This document shows positions 49,880-57,703 of a DNA stretch of 64,000 bases, piece by piece. Position numbers and translations under genes: made by a program. The stretch's first letter is position 1. The number at the start of each line of letters is the position of its first letter. The notes below the pieces were generated by a model. It was not told where the DNA came from, did no database searches, and saw only the letters and a list, made by a program, of their open reading frames with translations. The DNA is from a virus (lineage: Duplodnaviria > Caudoviricetes): IMG/VR virus record IMGVR_UViG_3300028048_000069, positions 1 to 64,000 of that record; one strand, 5' to 3'.

Positions 49880-50086
49880 ATGAAATATTTAGCATTATTT
49901 ATTTGTATATTTTTGCCCTTAATATCATATTCTAAAGTGACACTTAAAGCAACTGGATATGTAGTTGTTAGAATAGTTAGTAATGAACAACTTATAAATT
50001 CTGATACATTGGTTGAGAATAAACAAATAGGTAATGAATTAGTTTATAGTTATATAAAAGATAATACTATAAATTATGTATTTTAG
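49880..50086 (+). CDS. Small secreted/membrane protein (start revised to ATG 49880)
   Basis: MKYLALFICIFLPLISYS is signal-peptide-like. Confidence 0.5.
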   Translation: MKYLALFICIFLPLISYSKVTLKATGYVVVRIVSNEQLINSDTLVENKQIGNELVYSYIKDNTINYVF

Positions 50087-50091
50087 ATTTC

Positions 50092-50165
50092 GCGCTGATA
50101 GCTCAATTGGTTAGAGCATCCGACTCATAATCGGCAGGTTCAAGGTTCAAGTCCTTGTCGGCGCA
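50092..50165 (+). tRNA. tRNA(CAT), elongator Met or Ile2
   Basis: CCGA-CTCATAA-TCGG arm resembles bacterial Ile2; GGTTCAAGTCC. Confidence 0.85.
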
Positions 50166-50193
50166 GAAAATTAGTATAATATTATTCATAAGA

Positions 50194-50405
50194 GACTTCA
50201 AGGACCTGTTTCCTTTGTGCGGTGGTTTGCTACTACCACTGAAGTCGTAAAGTAGCACTCCTTTTGATAATTTTTATTGAGTTAGGACACACCTCGGACT
50301 CAATAAAAGTGGAAATGGGTGATGTAGAGGCCAAGGCTGTTCTACACTTCCATCTATTTTGAGGGATACTGGTACTCCCAATACCACAAAAAACCAGTAT
50401 TTTAT
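50194..50405 (+). ncRNA. Structured RNA / leader upstream of arginine decarboxylase
   Basis: Three-way junction with pseudoknot plus three hairpins; promoter motif at 50171. Confidence 0.45.
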
Positions 50406-50423
50406 TTATTGGAGATAATAACA

Positions 50424-50975
50424 ATGTACGAAGCATATGTACCTAAAGAAATATTTCTTACAAAAGGTATAGGTAGGCATAAAGAGAAATTAGCAAGTTT
50501 TGAAGAGGCATTAAGGGATGCTAAAATAGCAAGTTATAATATTGTTCCAGTCTCAAGTATTTTTCCACCACATTGTAAAATTATCTCAAAAGAAAAAGGT
50601 GTAAAGTTATTAAAACCAGGTCAAATTTTACATTGTGTAATTAGTAGAAATACTTGCAATGAAGCACGCAGATTAATATCTGCATCAGTAGGTGTAGCAA
50701 TTCCAAAAGACCCTAATCAACATGGTTATTTATCGGAACATCATAGTTTTGGGGAAACAGAAAAACAAAGTGGAGATTATGCAGAAGATTTAGCAGCATT
50801 AATGTTATCTACTACTATTGGAATTGACTTTGATAATGATACTACTTGGGATCAAAAAGAACAGATTTGGAAAATGAGTGGTAAGATTGTAAAAACAACA
50901 AATATTACTCAATCAGCAATTTGCGCTGATGATGTATGGACAACAGTAGTGGCAGCGGCAGTATTTGCTAGTTAG
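50424..50975 (+). CDS. pdaD: Pyruvoyl-dependent arginine decarboxylase
   Basis: SFEEALRDA.I..YNIVPVSSIFPP (Ser-Ser autocleavage site), GYLSEHH and WTTVVAAAVF; ATG 50424 with GGAG RBS. Confidence 0.9.
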   Translation: MYEAYVPKEIFLTKGIGRHKEKLASFEEALRDAKIASYNIVPVSSIFPPHCKIISKEKGVKLLKPGQILHCVISRNTCNEARRLISASVGVAIPKDPNQHGYLSEHHSFGETEKQSGDYAEDLAALMLSTTIGIDFDNDTTWDQKEQIWKMSGKIVKTTNITQSAICADDVWTTVVAAAVFAS

Positions 50976-50990
50976 TCATTTAGATTTTAT
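50976..50990 (+). promoter_or_regulatory. Putative late promoter motif before the tRNA cluster
   Basis: TCATTTAGATTTTAT. Confidence 0.55.
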
Positions 50991-51008
50991 TGTTATTTGA
51001 AAATTTAT

Positions 51009-51092
51009 GGCCAGATGGCGGAATTGGTATACGCGACAGACTTAAAATCTGTTGGTTGCAAAATCTTGAGGGTTCGAGTCCCTCTCTGGCTA
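51009..51092 (+). tRNA. tRNA-Leu(TAA)
   Basis: ACAGA-CTTAAAA-TCTGT arm; long variable arm. Confidence 0.9.
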
Positions 51093-51100
51093 TTTAAAAT

Positions 51101-51172
51101 GCCTTCTTCGTCTATCAGTTAGGACATCAGATTTTCAATCTGAAGAGAGGAGTGCGACTCTCCTAGAAGGTA
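51101..51172 (+). tRNA. tRNA-Glu(TTC)
   Basis: TCAGA-TTTTCAA-TCTGA arm; T-loop TGCGACT. Confidence 0.85.
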
Positions 51173-51176
51173 ATTT

Positions 51177-51248
51177 GCCCTTATAGCTCAATGGATAGAG
51201 CACCCGCCTTCTAAGCGGATGATATAGGTTCGATTCCCATTAAGGGTA
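51177..51248 (+). tRNA. tRNA-Arg(TCT)
   Basis: CCGC-CTTCTAA-GCGG arm; GGTTCGATTCC. Confidence 0.85.
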
Positions 51249-51258
51249 ATAATTTAAT

Positions 51259-51343
51259 GCTCAGTATGTTCCAATGGTGGGACAGCGGACTGTAAATCCG
51301 CCGCACTCGTGCATGGTAGGTTCGATCCCTACACTGAGCACCA
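51259..51343 (+). tRNA. tRNA-Tyr(GTA)
   Basis: GCGGA-CTGTAAA-TCCGC arm; long variable arm; encoded CCA. Confidence 0.9.
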
Positions 51344-51454
51344 TTTTAATAACCACACGAACGATAGGGTAATGCCTAGTTGATATTTTGGTGTTTAAGT
51401 GAATTGCTTAACAGAGAAGGGCAACTCTGGGTATAAATGCCCAATATATTTTAT

Positions 51455-51531
51455 CTACGTGTAGGATAGATGGTTATTCCGCGACACTTGGGCTGTCGAG
51501 ATCGCAGGTTCGAATCCTGCCACGTAGACCA
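51455..51531 (+). tRNA. tRNA-Pro(TGG)
   Basis: CGACA-CTTGGGC-TGTCG arm; encoded CCA. Confidence 0.9.
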
Positions 51532-51535
51532 TTTT

Positions 51536-51624
51536 GGAAAGGTGGCAGAGTGATTTATTGCACCGCTCTTGAAAAGCGGCAACGGAGATAACTTCGTTCG
51601 TGGGTTTAAATCCCACCCTTTCCG
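51536..51624 (+). tRNA. tRNA-Ser(TGA)
   Basis: CCGCT-CTTGAAA-AGCGG arm; long variable arm; T-loop TTTAAAT. Confidence 0.85.
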
Positions 51625-51638
51625 TTTTATTTATATAG

Positions 51639-52493
51639 ATGATAACTAAAGCAATAATAAACTATGGAATGGGCGATGCACTTAATGCTAGAACATTCCT
51701 ATTAAATTATTGTAAGCAAAAGAAATTGCCTACAAGTTCAATATCTATATATACTTTAAAATATTGGTGGATGTTCGAAGGATTAGGATTTAGAAGAAGT
51801 CTTAATAAAGATAGGTTTTTTAAATTGGTACCTTATAGAAATTTTGGAAAATATGATCTTCCAAAAATTTATAATGATAAGAAATTGGATTTATGTATCG
51901 CACATAATGCAGGCATAGATTTTAGTTTTGATTATATAGAATTTCTTCCAAAATATGAAGAACCTAATATAGATTTACCAGAAAAATTTATTACTTTTAA
52001 TACTGGTTATGGGGAATTATCAGGAAAACCACACGATTTAGGTTATGTTTGTACAAAATCCTGGCCTGTCGAATATTGGCAAAAATTAGTAGATTTATTA
52101 AAGATTCCTTGTGTACAAATAGGGGCTGGAAAAAGTTGTAGTATAATAAATAATACAGCCTTAAATTTAGTAGATAAATTAAATATTAAGCAAAGTGCGG
52201 AAGTAATGAGAAAATCTTTGTTTCATATAGATATAGAGGGCGGTTTACCTATATTAAATCAGCATTTAGGCGGAAAATCAGTAGTATTATTTGGACCTAC
52301 TGCTATAGAACAGCAAGGAAGAAGTTTTAATTTAAATTTAAGAGCAAATACTTGTACTCCTTGTTATGAGTGGGGAACAAACGATAAAAGTTTAGCAATG
52401 CTTAAAAAAGATTTACCTTGCAATGCTCATTGTATGAAGGATTTAAAACCAGAATATGTAGTAGATGAAATCTATAAGAACAAATGGTTATGA
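51639..52493 (+). CDS. Glycosyltransferase family 9 (heptosyltransferase-like)
   Basis: GMGDAL, KSWPVEYW, IEGG...LGGKSVVLFGPT and CM..LKPE.V. Confidence 0.8.
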   Translation: MITKAIINYGMGDALNARTFLLNYCKQKKLPTSSISIYTLKYWWMFEGLGFRRSLNKDRFFKLVPYRNFGKYDLPKIYNDKKLDLCIAHNAGIDFSFDYIEFLPKYEEPNIDLPEKFITFNTGYGELSGKPHDLGYVCTKSWPVEYWQKLVDLLKIPCVQIGAGKSCSIINNTALNLVDKLNIKQSAEVMRKSLFHIDIEGGLPILNQHLGGKSVVLFGPTAIEQQGRSFNLNLRANTCTPCYEWGTNDKSLAMLKKDLPCNAHCMKDLKPEYVVDEIYKNKWL

Positions 52494-52951
52494 ATAAAAT
52501 TAAAAAATTAGGCGATATTTTAACAGTAGTTTTACCAATAAGTATAATTCCGATAATTTTATGGTTAAATAATTGGAAATCACTTATTGTTTTTGCAATT
52601 ATTTATGGGTTAGGTAATTTAATTGTACAAGTATTAAAGGGCATTTTTGACGAACCTAGACCTAGAGAAACAGTTGGCGACCATGTTATTTATGTACATG
52701 GATATAGTCATAATGATGGGGAGAGTTTATGTTCTGGCCACGCTATGAGTGCTTGTCTACCTGCTTATTTTAGTTTATTCTTTATTAAGCCATTTTGGGT
52801 GTTTATACCATTTTTATTATTGGCTTGGCTATGTGGTTGGACAAGGATAAAAGTAAAAGCACATTGGTTTTTAGATGTGTTTCTATCAAATTTAATAGCA
52901 TTTAACTGTTGTTTATTAGTGGCCTATATTTATTTTAAATTATTAGTATAA
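52484..52951 (+). CDS. PAP2-family membrane phosphatase
   Basis: K-x6-RP, SGH and R-x5-H-x3-D motifs; hydrophobic helices. Confidence 0.85.
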   Translation: MVMNKIKKLGDILTVVLPISIIPIILWLNNWKSLIVFAIIYGLGNLIVQVLKGIFDEPRPRETVGDHVIYVHGYSHNDGESLCSGHAMSACLPAYFSLFFIKPFWVFIPFLLLAWLCGWTRIKVKAHWFLDVFLSNLIAFNCCLLVAYIYFKLLV

Positions 52952-52969
52952 TATATATAAATATTTGTT

Positions 52970-53042
52970 GCCGAAGTAGCTCAATTGGCAGAGCACTCGC
53001 TTTGTAAGCGAATGGTTGAAGGTTCGATTCCTTTCTTCGGCT
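52970..53042 (+). tRNA. tRNA-Thr(TGT)
   Basis: TCGC-TTTGTAA-GCGA arm; GGTTCGATTCC. Confidence 0.9.
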
Positions 53043-53108
53043 AATAAAATTTAATAACTGTAACCTCATCATACCTCCTACAGTTATTATGCAACAAGAG
53101 AACTAAAC

Positions 53109-53140
53109 AAGCCAGACTATTTTATAGTCTGGCTTTCTTT
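53109..53140 (+). terminator. Intrinsic terminator
   Basis: AAGCCAGACTAT-ttt-ATAGTCTGGCTT followed by TCTTT. Confidence 0.8.
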
Positions 53141-53157
53141 AGTATAATATATAATAT

Positions 53158-53499
53158 ATGATGGATATTCGAAATCCAATTGAATTTAGCGCGATGCTAA
53201 CTAGTCTAAAACCATCTGTAATTAGTTCAACTTTATTACTAATGGAAATGATTAAAGATAATAAATCAGAAATAATAATAGATGAAGAAGACTCACATAA
53301 TATTGTCGCTTTGCTTATGTATAATGCTATGATAAATGAAACTGTAGATTATAGTATTTTAGATGATTTTGATTTTGCTAAAGATGGTAAAATAATTTTA
53401 AAGAATGATAATAAAGATAAAGTTAGAGAGCACATAGAATTTTTGTTAAACTATATGTATTATCGAATAGAAGTTCCTATAGATATAGCAGTTTGTTAA
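53158..53499 (+). CDS. Hypothetical protein
   Basis: 113-aa ORF after promoter motif at 53139. Confidence 0.55.
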   Translation: MMDIRNPIEFSAMLTSLKPSVISSTLLLMEMIKDNKSEIIIDEEDSHNIVALLMYNAMINETVDYSILDDFDFAKDGKIILKNDNKDKVREHIEFLLNYMYYRIEVPIDIAVC

Positions 53500-53510
53500 A
53501 AGGAGAATTT

Positions 53511-53927
53511 ATGAGTAGAATATTAGAACATGCAAAAGAAGAATTAAAATATGCAGGAATGAATATTAGTGAAGAAGGCTGTAATCCTAAAAATCCAAAA
53601 GATCCAATGGATGGTTATGTAAATGCATGTGCTAAAAATGCAATGGAATTATTGGAAGTATTTGTAAAAGCAGGACATAGTGGAATGTCAGCAGAAATTA
53701 CATTAAATATTTTTAATAAACTTGCTAGACAAGAAAATTTAACTCCTTTAACAAATAATCCTGATGAGTGGATCAATTGTGGAGATTGGCTTAATAATAC
53801 GTATCAAAGTAAAAGAAATTGTTCTTGTTTTAGTGACGATGGATTAAAAACATATCATAACCTTAATGAAAAGGAACCTAGAAAAAATTATCCATTGGAG
53901 GATTATAAAAAATGTATTTCAAAGTAG
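53511..53927 (+). CDS. Hypothetical protein (start revised to ATG 53511)
   Basis: AGGAG RBS before 53511; GHSGMSA...LTPLT motif. Confidence 0.6.
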   Translation: MSRILEHAKEELKYAGMNISEEGCNPKNPKDPMDGYVNACAKNAMELLEVFVKAGHSGMSAEITLNIFNKLARQENLTPLTNNPDEWINCGDWLNNTYQSKRNCSCFSDDGLKTYHNLNEKEPRKNYPLEDYKKCISK

Positions 53928-54193
53928 ATAGAAAAGTTTTAAAGAAAGCATTAGTTTGGCTTAAAAGACAACCAAAAACTTACGTATTTGAAACAGATAT
54001 TTTAGATGGCGACACAGGTAAACCTACAGGTAATAAATATAGAGAAGATTTTCCTAATAATAATGATGAGTATATTGAACAAATAGAATTTGCGCTTTAT
54101 AAAACTAAAATGGATGAGTTTTATATTGATTATGATTTTGCTCAAGCAATTAGACCAGCATTATTAACTAAGAAGGCTAAAAAAGATGAATAA
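53912..54193 (+). CDS. Hypothetical protein
   Basis: 93-aa ORF with GGAGG RBS. Confidence 0.55.
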   Translation: MYFKVDRKVLKKALVWLKRQPKTYVFETDILDGDTGKPTGNKYREDFPNNNDEYIEQIEFALYKTKMDEFYIDYDFAQAIRPALLTKKAKKDE

Positions 54194-54313
54194 ATTTTAA
54201 CCACTGCGACAATTAATTTGTGAAGATTGCGGTACAAAATTTTTTGGTTTATATAATAAATATTGTACAAGTTGTATGCGAAAGAGAAAACAGTATAAAT
54301 TGGGAGATAAAAA

Positions 54314-55399
54314 ATGAGTTCTACACCTTTAAGACTTAAAAAATATGGAGTTAGTTCAACAGGTTTAATTGCGCCTATCATTAGAGAAGGTGATGATATT
54401 GCACAAATAACTGTGAATGCTGTATTAAATGCTATTGATAATATTGAAGATGGGGATATTGTAGGAATTACTGAATCTGTAGTTGCTCGCGCACAAGGTA
54501 ATTATGTAACTATTGATGAAGTTGCTGAAGATATTAAAAGGCAGTTGAATAATCCTAAAGAAGTATTTTTAATAAAACCTATTTATTCTCGTAATCGTTT
54601 TGCAATGATTTTGAAAGCATTTGCTCGTGCAGTTTCAGAAACTGTGTATATCTATATGCCTTTAATTGATGAAGTTGGAAATGTATTAAGAAATCATCCT
54701 TTTACAGGTTTAAATTATGATGAATATTATAAGTCTATCGTAGAAGGAGAAGGTAAGAAATTTGTATTGGTAGAGAGTGATGCCGATTCGCACTTTGATG
54801 TTGTAAGAAGTGAAGTTCCTACAGTGAATTGTACTTTAAGACCAGATGAAATTGATGCGGAGATAGAATTTACATTAGCACATTTTTGTCACGATAAATG
54901 TGAATGGGGATTATTAGGATCTAATAAAGCAAGTGAAGAGAAATTAAAATTATTTCCATCAAAGAAATTTGCTAAAAAAGTAGTTGATTATGTAAGGGAT
55001 GAAATTTATTATAAAACTGGTAAAAGAGTAGAAGTAATGGTTTATGGTGATGGTTGTTTCAAAGACCCAGTAGGTGGAATATGGGAGTTCGCAGACCCAG
55101 AAACTTCACCTGCTTATTCTGAAGGTTTAAAAGGAACTCCAAATGAATTAAAATTGAAGAATTTGGCAGATGAAAAGTTCAAAGATTTAAATGGTGCTAC
55201 TTTAGGTATGGCTATTTATAATGAAATTGCTAATAAGCAAAAAGATTTAAAAGGTAATATGACTTCTCAAGGTACAACTCCTAGAAGATATGTTGACCTG
55301 TTAGCATCTTTAATGGATTTAACAAGTGGTAGCGGTGATAAAGGCACACCGATTGTTTATGTAAAAAGATATTTTGAAAATTTTGCTACGGAGAAATAA
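54314..55399 (+). CDS. CofE-like (F420-0:gamma-glutamyl ligase family) protein
   Basis: G..APIIREGDD...VGITESVVARAQG...DL.SGSGDKGTPIV. Confidence 0.75.
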   Translation: MSSTPLRLKKYGVSSTGLIAPIIREGDDIAQITVNAVLNAIDNIEDGDIVGITESVVARAQGNYVTIDEVAEDIKRQLNNPKEVFLIKPIYSRNRFAMILKAFARAVSETVYIYMPLIDEVGNVLRNHPFTGLNYDEYYKSIVEGEGKKFVLVESDADSHFDVVRSEVPTVNCTLRPDEIDAEIEFTLAHFCHDKCEWGLLGSNKASEEKLKLFPSKKFAKKVVDYVRDEIYYKTGKRVEVMVYGDGCFKDPVGGIWEFADPETSPAYSEGLKGTPNELKLKNLADEKFKDLNGATLGMAIYNEIANKQKDLKGNMTSQGTTPRRYVDLLASLMDLTSGSGDKGTPIVYVKRYFENFATEK

Positions 55400-56452
55400 A
55401 TGACTAGAATTTATACCGAGCCACAATTAGATTTTTGTGATGTATTATTTCAGCCAAAAAGAACTACATTAAATTCACGAAGTGATGCTGATGTATTAAG
55501 AAAATATAATTTTAAGTATTACCCTTATATTTTGGAATCTTGTGGAATTATGGCTTCAAATATGGCTACCACAGGAACATTTTATATGGATGAAGTGCTG
55601 TCTAAATATAAAGCAATTACTTGTTTACATAAACACTATCAACACGATATTTTGGATTTATCCTTTAATGATTACAATCAGTTAATGTTTATATCTACAG
55701 GTCTTAAAGAAGATAAGAATAAACTATTCAGATTATTGGAATCCAATACATTTATAAACAAAGTCTGTATAGATATTGCAAACGGATATATACCTAAACT
55801 TATCGATTTAGTAAAGGAATTAAGAGATAAGTTTCCTGGTCTATTGATAATGGCAGGTAATGTAGTAACTGGTGATATGGTTCAAGATTTGATTTTAAAT
55901 GGCGCAGATATTGTTAAAGTAGGAATTGGACCAGGTAGTGTTTGTATAACTCGTTCTCAAACAGGAGTAGGCAGACCACAATTATCTACCATTCTTGAAT
56001 GTGCAGATGCTGCTCATGGTGTTGGTGGAATGATTTGTGCAGATGGTGGTTGTACTTGTCCTGGGGATATTGCTAAAGCATTTGGCGCAGGTGCTGATTT
56101 TGTAATGTTAGGTGGTATGTTAGCAGGTACAGACGAAGCCTCTGGAGAATTAGTGAATATTGATGGAAAATCTTATAAACAATTTTATGGGATGTCATCA
56201 AGATTAGCGCAAGTAAAACATTTTGGTGGAATGAAAGAATATAGAACAACCGAAGGAAGAGAAAAGTTAATTCCTTATAAAGGTTCTGCTAAAGATGTTA
56301 TTGAAGATATTTTAGGTGGTATTCGTTCTACTATGACTTATATAGGTGCAACGAGATTAAAAGATATTCCTAAATGTACATCTTTTTATACAGTAAATAG
56401 GCAATTAAATACAGTATTTGAAAATATGAAAGATATAGGGGGATGCAAATGA
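55400..56452 (+). CDS. guaC: GMP reductase
   Basis: DIANGY, KVGIGPGSVCITR, ADGG, FYGMSS and EG; no CBS domains. Confidence 0.9.
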   Translation: MTRIYTEPQLDFCDVLFQPKRTTLNSRSDADVLRKYNFKYYPYILESCGIMASNMATTGTFYMDEVLSKYKAITCLHKHYQHDILDLSFNDYNQLMFISTGLKEDKNKLFRLLESNTFINKVCIDIANGYIPKLIDLVKELRDKFPGLLIMAGNVVTGDMVQDLILNGADIVKVGIGPGSVCITRSQTGVGRPQLSTILECADAAHGVGGMICADGGCTCPGDIAKAFGAGADFVMLGGMLAGTDEASGELVNIDGKSYKQFYGMSSRLAQVKHFGGMKEYRTTEGREKLIPYKGSAKDVIEDILGGIRSTMTYIGATRLKDIPKCTSFYTVNRQLNTVFENMKDIGGCK

Positions 56453-56628
56453 CTTTATTGCAAGCATTAAACAATATAAACCCAGGTAATGTTATTAGTT
56501 GGGGAAATTCAGACGAAGTAGATTTTGTAGAAATATTTGTATTAGGCGATTGTTCTTTGAGATTTGCAGATTCTACAATGGAAATAAATTCAAAAAATAT
56601 AGGTTCAGATGGGTGGACAAGAAAATGA
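56443..56628 (+). CDS. Small hypothetical protein
   Basis: 61-aa ORF coupled to neighbours on both sides. Confidence 0.45.
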   Translation: MQMTLLQALNNINPGNVISWGNSDEVDFVEIFVLGDCSLRFADSTMEINSKNIGSDGWTRK

Positions 56629-56897
56629 AAGATAAACAAGAACTATTCGCCGAAAAAGTTAGAAAAATTACAAATGGAATAGCAGAACTTCTTATTGAAA
56701 AGAATAAGAGTTATGGTAATTCAGCATTAGAGCCTATAAATTGCTTTTATAAGGGTGATGCAGAAACCGCTATCAAAGTCCGTATAGACGACAAGTTATC
56801 TCGTATTATGCGCGGTAAAGAGTATAAGCAAGAAGATACCATTATGGATTTATTAGGTTATCTTGTTATTTTAAAAGTTAGTAAGGAAATGAAATAA
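56625..56897 (+). CDS. Nucleotide-modification-associated domain protein (DUF1599/Nmad1-like, dNTP-pyrophosphatase fold)
   Basis: KNKSYGNS...VRIDDKLSRI...EDT..DL.GY; ATGA overlap at 56625. Confidence 0.7.
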   Translation: MKDKQELFAEKVRKITNGIAELLIEKNKSYGNSALEPINCFYKGDAETAIKVRIDDKLSRIMRGKEYKQEDTIMDLLGYLVILKVSKEMK

Positions 56898-57703
56898 TGC
56901 CTAAAATTGACCTTTATCAAGGTGATTGCCTAGCAGTAATGGATAAACTAATAGCCGAAGGGGTTAAGGTGGATTTGGTGGTTACAAGTCCACCATACGA
57001 TAATCTGCGAACATACAACAATACGCTGAATTGGAATTTTGATATTTTTAAGAATATAGCCAACAAGTTAAAAGACATTTTAGCAGACGGTGGTGTTATC
57101 GTTTGGGTGGTGGCAGATGCTACAATTAACGGGAGCGAAACAGGCTCATCTTTTAGGCAGGCATTATATTTCAAAGAAATTGGTTTTAATATACACGATA
57201 CTATGATTTATCGGAAATTGAATTATGTGCCATTAACACATAATAGATATGAGCAAGAGTTTGAATATATGTTTTGTTTTAGTAAAGGAAAGCCAAAGAC
57301 CTTTAATCCTATTAAAGTGCCTTGTAAATATGCTGGAACAGAAACTTGGGGTAATAGTTCTTTTTATAAAAAATCAGATGGCGAATTAGTAGATGTAGGA
57401 AAGAAAAAAGTAAATGATGAAAAAATAAAGGGAAATGTTTTTGAATATCGAACAGGAAGCGCAACCGAAAGTAAACAATATCATCATCCTGCTATGTTCC
57501 CATTAAAACTTGCACAAGACCACATAATTTCTTGGTCAAACGAAAACGACACCGTTTTAGACCCATTTATGGGTAGTGGCACAACAGGTGTGGCCTGCAA
57601 GATGTTAAACAGAAACTTTATTGGCATTGAATTAGATGAAAACTATTTTAAGATTGCCAAAGAAAGAATTGAAAATACAGTTGTGCCTAAAAGGTTATTT
57701 TAA
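56897..57703 (+). CDS. N4-C/N6-A DNA methyltransferase (beta class)
   Basis: TSPPY, HPAMFP and DPFMGSGTTG. Confidence 0.9.
   Translation: MPKIDLYQGDCLAVMDKLIAEGVKVDLVVTSPPYDNLRTYNNTLNWNFDIFKNIANKLKDILADGGVIVWVVADATINGSETGSSFRQALYFKEIGFNIHDTMIYRKLNYVPLTHNRYEQEFEYMFCFSKGKPKTFNPIKVPCKYAGTETWGNSSFYKKSDGELVDVGKKKVNDEKIKGNVFEYRTGSATESKQYHHPAMFPLKLAQDHIISWSNENDTVLDPFMGSGTTGVACKMLNRNFIGIELDENYFKIAKERIENTVVPKRLF

Noticed and set aside
50194-50260. Assignment of the pseudoknot to a known ribozyme (pistol, hammerhead, HDV/theta)
   Set aside because: The conserved catalytic-core nucleotides of those families could not be matched by eye, so it is left unassigned.
50233-50436. 67-aa minus-strand ORF upstream of pdaD
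   Set aside because: It has no recognisable features and overlaps the pdaD start; the region is better explained as structured RNA.
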